IMG/VR virus record: IMGVR_UViG_2513237266_000002
Span: 33,677 to 97,676 of that record
Strand: one strand, 5' to 3'
DNA from: a virus
Taxonomy: Duplodnaviria > Caudoviricetes
DNA: 64,000 bases
Shown: positions 58,560-64,000 of the stretch, piece by piece
Numbering within the stretch: position 1 is the stretch's first letter
How the letters are laid out: each line of letters opens with the position of its first letter
The notes under the pieces: generated by a model
Told to the model about the DNA's origin: nothing
What the model saw: the letters and a program-made list of their open reading frames with translations, nothing else
The model's database searches: none
Program-made: the position numbers and the translations under genes

Positions 58560-58576
58560 ATCAGTGCGCCTGATTA
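58560..58576 (+). repeat. Satellite attR core
   Basis: ATCAGTGCGCCTGATTA. Confidence 0.95.
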
Positions 58577-59705
58577 CCAGACGATACTCGATACCCTGAC
58601 GAGCTATTTCCAGCAGATTTATGGTAGTGACGCTTATCTGGAGCCAGACAGCAAAGACGGTCAGATGGTGGCACTGGTGGCGCTGGCTATCCATGATGCC
58701 AATAACACGGCTATTTCCGTCTATAACTGCTTTTCTCCTGCCACAGGGTATGGCGCCGCGTTGACCAGCAACGTGAAAATTAACGGCATCGCGCGCAAAG
58801 GGGCGACGAACTCTACTGTGGATCTGGTGCTGGCTGGCACTGCAGGGACAACTATCACGAACGGTACCGTAAAAGACACCAATAACGTGATCTGGCGTCT
58901 TCCTGCCTCGGTGGTGATTGGTGTCGACGGTACGGTGACGGTAACGGCCACCTGTTCCAACAGCGGGGCAGTTGCCGCGCTGGCCGGGACTATCACCACT
59001 ATCAACACCCCGACCCGAGGCTGGACATCTGTGATCAATCCAGCGGCGGCCACCGTCGGAGCACCGGCAGAAACCGACGCAGAGCTGCGCATCCGGCAGG
59101 GGCAGAGTGTCGCGCTACCCTCTGTAACACCGTTTGAAGGTGTCGACGGTGCGATCGCTAACGTTGCTGGTGTGACACGTCACAAGCTCTACGAGAATGA
59201 CACTGGCGCTACCGACAGTAATGGGCTTCCGCCACATTCTATCTCTGCCATCGTTGACGGTGGCGACGTAACGGACATTGCTCAGACAATCCGGGGCAAC
59301 AAGGGGCAGGGAACGGCGACCTATGGGACGACCTCTGTCACGGTACCTGACACTTACGGCAATCCGCACGTGATCAGTTTTTCGCGCTCGACTGATGTCC
59401 CGATTTTCGGGCATATCACTCTGAAAGCCTTTACGGGCTACACGTCGCAAATTGGCGTACAGATTCAGCAGGCCGTCGCGGATTACATCAACGGGCTGAC
59501 GATCGGTGATTCAGTTCTGCTGAGTCGCATATACTCCCCGGCTAACCTGGGCGTGGTCAGTGGTGGCAGTGCTCGTTATTACGACATTCAGGAACTGCTA
59601 ATTGGCAAATCAGCCGGAACTGTAGCGGCGGCAAATATCAACATTGCATACAACGAGTCAGCATCCTGTAAGCCTGAAAATATTGTTCTAACGGTGACGT
59701 CATGA
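58560..59705 (+). pseudogene. Baseplate J-like gene, 3' part (399 aa when rejoined)
   Basis: ISAPDYQTILD..DSKDGQMV..; ETDAELRIR, PPHSI..VDGG baseplate-J motifs. Confidence 0.9.
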
Positions 59706-60382
59706 GCAAGTACACGGACTTAATCACCAACTATCACGCCACTAAGCCCAGGTTCTTTGATCACGTAGACCTGAGCACACGTCCATTGATTGATATCACT
59801 GCGGCCACCAGGGGGATGGTGAGCGCTTTTGATATCGATACAGCCGTCGGTGTACAGCTCGATATTCTCGGTCTGTGGATCGGGCGCAGTCGCATAGTCA
59901 GCCAGCCGATCAGTGGCGTTTATTTCAGCTGGGACACTGACGGGCTTGGATATGACCAGGGCATCTGGCAGGGGCCATATGATCCTGATTCTGGCTATAC
60001 GATGCTAAGTGATGAGACGTACCGCATCATTCTGAAAGCGAAAATCGCTATCAACAACTGGGACGGCCGGAACGATTCTCTGCCTCCCATCCTTGACGCT
60101 GCGACTGCAGGCTCAGGCCTGAAGATGCAGATCGTCGACAACCAGGATATGACGATATCGGTCTGGGTATTCCCCGAGACTGATATTTCTGATGTGTCAC
60201 TCGAACTGATAGCTGCTATCAAACAGGGCTATCTCACCGTTAAAGCTACTGGCGTATGGGCCGGTGATGTTGAAACGCCTTCGGTAGAAGCACCATCCGA
60301 GGGTTCTAAATTATTTGGGTTTGATATGGATAACGAATACATCGGCGGGTTCGATGTTGGAGCATGGGGGACAATACTCTAA
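59702..60382 (+). CDS. Baseplate protein (DUF2612)
   Basis: FDIDTAVGVQLDILGLWIG, LSDETYR, DNQDMT. Confidence 0.85.
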   Translation: MSKYTDLITNYHATKPRFFDHVDLSTRPLIDITAATRGMVSAFDIDTAVGVQLDILGLWIGRSRIVSQPISGVYFSWDTDGLGYDQGIWQGPYDPDSGYTMLSDETYRIILKAKIAINNWDGRNDSLPPILDAATAGSGLKMQIVDNQDMTISVWVFPETDISDVSLELIAAIKQGYLTVKATGVWAGDVETPSVEAPSEGSKLFGFDMDNEYIGGFDVGAWGTIL

Positions 60383-61680
60383 TGGCAATAAACAACTTTA
60401 AACCGTTCGCGACAGCAGCAAATGCTAACGTGACGGCCCAGGCTGACTGGGAAACGCTTCCTGCTCTACTCTCTGGCTTTATGGCAGGAAAGGCATCCAG
60501 TGCGCAGGTAAACAAAGCCATTCGACAGGCCAGCTTTATAGCGGCAGCGCTGGCGCAGTACACCGCTAACAAAAGCGGGCTGGACGTGCTTGATGATGGT
60601 GACCTGAACGGGTTTGTCTCCAAAATGGGGACCGCTTTTGGGAAGGATTTCCAGGCGCTTGATGCCACTCTGACGGCATTGGCTGGGCTCGCAACCGGTG
60701 CAAATAAACTCCCGTATTTCACAGGGACTGATACAGCAGCGCAGACTGATTTAACTTCTGTTGGTCGTGACATTATCGGGAAAAGCACTATTGCTGACAT
60801 TCTCACATACCTTGGTTTTCCAGAATTAGGCATCGCAGGTACCGGAAACATACTGCCATCACTTGACTGGCAGCAGTTTAATTTTGTCCCCGGAGCAAGA
60901 TATTTCATAAAATCGTCTGACATGAGTAATGTACCGGCACAGATTGTTATTACTCAGCCAACATTTAATGCTGTCATGGATGTTATTGGATATGACGGTA
61001 TAACCCGACATGTGGACATCTGGTTCTCATCGACACCGGATGAGTATTTTAGTCGTTATCAGGTCATGATTGCAGGGCATCAGGGCTCAAGAACATTCTC
61101 TGTGCGCAGAATCTGGACCTCATCTGAGCCTGTCCCTTTATCTGGAGGTGGAACCGGGGCATCTACACCTGCTGGAGCTCGATCCAATTTAGAGCTTGGC
61201 GGTCTTTCCGTTGAAGACATTGCCCCAATAAATAAGGGAGGTACCGGAGCAGACAACGTCAGTTCCGCTCTTAATAATTTTGGTATTGGCCCAATAGCAA
61301 ACGCCTCAGAAGTTACTGCGGGTACGTCGAAAAAGCTGATAGACGCCGCATTGCTGAAAGCATTTCTTCCGAAGCGGAGTTTTCAGGCTAATGATGTCAT
61401 AAGAATACCAGACCAACCTGGTGGGCTGATGGTTCAGTTTGGGACGCTGACAGGTGTCAGTGGCTCAGATGTTATTTCTTCAACTCTCACTTTCCCTGAA
61501 TTATTTCCCAACGCATGCCTTGCCGTCATCCCTGTTGCAGTTTCTTCGGATACGGGGGGAGGGATGGTCGGTGTTCAGGTAAAGACACTGACCCGCTCAA
61601 ATGCTGACATTTTTATTTACGAAAGAAACGGTGGAGCTATTACTACTCACAGCGTTCAGTATATAGCTATCGGATGGTGA
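60382..61680 (+). CDS. Tail fibre protein (constant N-terminus + invertible C-terminus)
   Basis: NNFKPFA anchor, GGTGA repeats, PGGLMVQFG..FPNAC..YIAIGW tip. Confidence 0.9.
   Translation: MAINNFKPFATAANANVTAQADWETLPALLSGFMAGKASSAQVNKAIRQASFIAAALAQYTANKSGLDVLDDGDLNGFVSKMGTAFGKDFQALDATLTALAGLATGANKLPYFTGTDTAAQTDLTSVGRDIIGKSTIADILTYLGFPELGIAGTGNILPSLDWQQFNFVPGARYFIKSSDMSNVPAQIVITQPTFNAVMDVIGYDGITRHVDIWFSSTPDEYFSRYQVMIAGHQGSRTFSVRRIWTSSEPVPLSGGGTGASTPAGARSNLELGGLSVEDIAPINKGGTGADNVSSALNNFGIGPIANASEVTAGTSKKLIDAALLKAFLPKRSFQANDVIRIPDQPGGLMVQFGTLTGVSGSDVISSTLTFPELFPNACLAVIPVAVSSDTGGGMVGVQVKTLTRSNADIFIYERNGGAITTHSVQYIAIGW
60800..60825 (+). repeat. Invertase crossover site (gix/hix-like), left
   Basis: TTCTCACATACC-TT-GGTTTTCCAGAA. 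Confidence 0.8.
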
Positions 61681-61684
61681 TAAT

Positions 61685-62116
61685 ATGAACTTTTACTATA
61701 CGGCCGAATTTAATTCATTTATCAGTGAAAAATATAAAACTGATGGTACATATACGGATAAGTCATGGCCCGCTGATGCTGTGCTCTGCACTGCTGAAGA
61801 AGTGAATATATTTCGGGGAACAACGCCGCCAGCAGGTATGAAACTTGGTTCTGTTGCGGGGAGGCCTGCATGGGTTGACGTTCCTCCATTAACGCGGGCT
61901 GAGATGATCGCTATTGCTGAAAATGAGCGGCAGCGATTAATTGTTAATGCTGACGCTATTATGCTCGACTGGCGCACAGAACTGATGCTCGGTGAAATCA
62001 GCGACGCCAACAGAGCGAAGTTGTCGGCGTGGTTGGCCTATAAAAATAAAGTGAAATCCATCCCAGCGGAAGAGGCTATTACCGCTGAATTTAGTTGGCC
62101 AGACCAACCAGCATAG
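61685..62116 (+). CDS. Tail fibre assembly protein
   Basis: GRPAWVDVPP...W..Y..WPDQP. Confidence 0.88.
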   Translation: MNFYYTAEFNSFISEKYKTDGTYTDKSWPADAVLCTAEEVNIFRGTTPPAGMKLGSVAGRPAWVDVPPLTRAEMIAIAENERQRLIVNADAIMLDWRTELMLGEISDANRAKLSAWLAYKNKVKSIPAEEAITAEFSWPDQPA

Positions 62117-62123
62117 GAATGTT

Positions 62124-62459
62124 TTAGCTACCGGGAGGTGTAGGCCATACGGGTTTTGCTGTATCAACGCGCATCAAATTCAACCTATAGTCCTGCCAGA
62201 TTATCAAGTCGGCGGCTTCTTCAGTCGTCGCTTTTCCCCTGTCAACGGCGTACTGTCGCCAGGCTATTTCACTATCAGCCTCTGAACGGAGTCGTGCTTT
62301 TTTAGCTTCAGCGGCAGCAATTTGCTCCTCAACTGTTGGAGCTAAAAGGGCCATCGCTTCCGGTTCCGATATTTTAATTAGTCCTTCCAGAATAAATTCC
62401 TCATCACAGTCATCTTCATATGCAAACACTGCATTACTTTTATTTTTGAAATATTGCAT
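62124..62459 (-). CDS. Alternative tail fibre assembly protein
   Basis: WQDYR..LMRVD...WPTPP. Confidence 0.85.
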   Translation of the reverse strand: MQYFKNKSNAVFAYEDDCDEEFILEGLIKISEPEAMALLAPTVEEQIAAAEAKKARLRSEADSEIAWRQYAVDRGKATTEEAADLIIWQDYRLNLMRVDTAKPVWPTPPGS

Positions 62460-63075
62460 TACCGTAACTCCGCCCATGAAGAAAATGCGCCCGAAAATAT
62501 GTATTGCGCACCAGGTGGCACAATGGCAAATAATGTTGAATCTGAATCTGCCCCTCGCGCAAACGCCGTTAATACACCTCCAACATAGAGTCCCCTGTCT
62601 CCGTCACCCGTCTCAGGAATAGATACGCAGATTGGTCTGGTTGTGCTGTTGGTGTAAGTCACCCCGGCAGTTCGTGAAGCGGTAACATTCACCCAAGTCT
62701 GTCCCGTTCCCAGTGCCTTAGATGCATCTAACTTACTGTCAAAAAGATATTCAAGCCCTGTCCCGTTCAGAGTTGTATCAGACGGGAGAGCTACTGAACC
62801 TGAAAATGTTTGCTTCTTAGTGAATGTATTTTGAACATCTGTTTTCGCGGCGTTGGTTAAGCCGAGATATGAAAGTAATCCTGCAACATCCTTTCCTGAT
62901 AACGCTGTTAATGTGTCGTCTTTGTCTTGTTTATAATCAAACCATGCCTGTAAACCAATCCCTTTGTAAGCTGTATTGGCTGGAAGAGATACGCCTCCCG
63001 TGAATTTCTGGTCGCCAGTAAATGTGTTGTTTCCGCTTGTTTTTGCTAAATCTTCCAAACCAACGTTTTTAATAA
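62459..63075 (-). CDS. Silent alternative tail fibre C-terminus
   Basis: Fuses in frame (YL/GLED) after inversion; LGTGQTW..YTNSTTRPI..WAELR tip. Confidence 0.85.
63050..63075 (-). repeat. Invertase crossover site, right
   Basis: Reverse complement TTATTAAAAACG-TT-GGTTTGGAAGAT, inverted relative to 60800. Confidence 0.8.
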
Positions 63076-63129
63076 TGATCATTTATCGCTCAGGTGGCAT
63101 GCTTACGGCCTTTTGCAGGAAGGAAACTC

Positions 63130-63684
63130 ATGCTTATTGGGTATGTGAGGGTGTCAACAAATGACCAGAACACGGCACTACAACGAAACGCGCTCAAGAG
63201 TGCAGGATGTGAGCTGATTTTCGAAGACAAGATCAGCGGTAAGGTGTCAGACAGACCAGGATTAAAAAAGGTGCTCCGGACGCTATCTGAAGGCGATACG
63301 CTGGTGGTGTGGAAACTGGATCGGCTCGGGCGAAGCATGCGACATCTTGTTGGGTTAGTGGAGGAACTGCGGGAGAAAGATGTTAACTTCCGGAGCCTGA
63401 CGGATAGCATCGATACGAGTACGCCTATGGGAAGATTCTTCTTTCATGTGATGGGTGCACTGGCTGAAATGGAAAGGGAGCTTATTGTCGAACGCACCCG
63501 GGCAGGTTTAGAAGCTGCGCGCGCGGAAGGTCGCATTGGTGGCCGTAGACCAAAACTAACGGATGAGCAGTGGGCGCAGGCAGGGAGATTAATTGCTGCA
63601 GGGGAAACGCGTCAGCGCGTGGCAATAATTTACGATGTAGGAGTGTCAACACTATACCGAAAATTCCCTGTAGGCAGGGCTTAG
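63130..63684 (+). CDS. Serine DNA invertase (Gin/Pin/Hin family)
   Basis: GYVRVSTNDQ, KLDRLGRS, GRIGGRRP, C-terminal HTH. Confidence 0.95.
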   Translation: MLIGYVRVSTNDQNTALQRNALKSAGCELIFEDKISGKVSDRPGLKKVLRTLSEGDTLVVWKLDRLGRSMRHLVGLVEELREKDVNFRSLTDSIDTSTPMGRFFFHVMGALAEMERELIVERTRAGLEAARAEGRIGGRRPKLTDEQWAQAGRLIAAGETRQRVAIIYDVGVSTLYRKFPVGRA

Positions 63685-63733
63685 ACATGATGCAGGCCGC
63701 CGGTAAAGATTAATGCTGGCAGCCAGCACAACT

Positions 63734-64000
63734 TTAGAGCCCAACCTGGCGAACTGTCGGGAACTCAGACACCAGCCACATATCGGCCTCTTCAAACATA
63801 TCCTCCAGCATGCGGTTCAGCTTTTCCCGATCGCTTTTGCTGGCATCGCTATTCAAGGCGTTCGCCTGCATCGGTTTCACCTTAACTTCGGCATCAGGGA
63901 AAATCTGGTGCACTCGCTTCGTCAACTCAGCCAGGATGATCTCTCTGGCCCCCGTCAACCCTTCAACATTACGCTTGTCATAAACCAGTTCAACGAACAT
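63734..64000 (-). CDS. dinI: DinI-family protein
   Basis: MFVELVYDKRN...MFEEADMW. Confidence 0.88.
   Translation of the reverse strand: MFVELVYDKRNVEGLTGAREIILAELTKRVHQIFPDAEVKVKPMQANALNSDASKSDREKLNRMLEDMFEEADMWLVSEFPTVRQVGL

Larger units (their letters stand above)
46685..58576 (+). mobile_element. Helper-embedded P4/PICI-like satellite (11,875 bp unit)
   Basis: 17-bp direct repeats; int, alpA, C4-like RNA, icd, primase-helicase, iterons; no capsid, terL or tail tube. Confidence 0.93.
12585..64000 (+). mobile_element. Prophage 2: temperate contractile-tail phage, right end beyond window
   Basis: Continuous int-xis-cI-cro-replication-Q-lysis-packaging-head-sheath/tube-baseplate-fibre-invertase gene set. 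Confidence 0.93.

Noticed and set aside
58665-59705. Complete stand-alone baseplate J starting at ATG 58665
   Set aside because: The frame extends upstream to the att core and joins 46631-46701; the true start is 46631

Overview
The window is entirely mobile DNA from an Enterobacteriaceae-type genome and has three layers. (1) 1-11077 is the right end of a lambda/phi80-like siphoprophage (tape-measure end, M, L, K, I, J, cor, side fibre, LexA-regulated dinI/humD module), ending at a tRNA-Pro 3'-half att scar. A short DUF4236 spacer follows. (2) About 12585 to >64000 is a nearly complete temperate contractile-tail prophage bounded on the left by a tmRNA (ssrA) 3'-end scar. It carries int/xis, cI/cro, helicase-primase, Q, lysis genes, an extra tyrosine recombinase, terminase, DUF1073 portal, DUF2213 protease-scaffold, DUF2184 capsid, DUF3383 sheath, baseplate, an invertible tail fibre with invertase, and dinI. 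(3) 46685-58576 is an 11,875-bp P4/PICI-like satellite inserted, with a 17-bp direct repeat, inside the baseplate-J gene of prophage 2; excision restores the reading frame. The satellite appears tailored to this helper. It encodes two proteins carrying a mimic of the helper scaffold's C-terminal motif, an alternative allele of the helper's baseplate-hub + exported-protein pair, and a homologue of the helper's 'tyrosine recombinase - repeat site - TerS-like HTH' module with exactly shared DNA motifs. Prophage 2 also carries two candidate defence or toxin-antitoxin morons (small protein + GNAT; helical protein + HEPN). Family assignments come from recalled motifs and gene order; no database searches were run.
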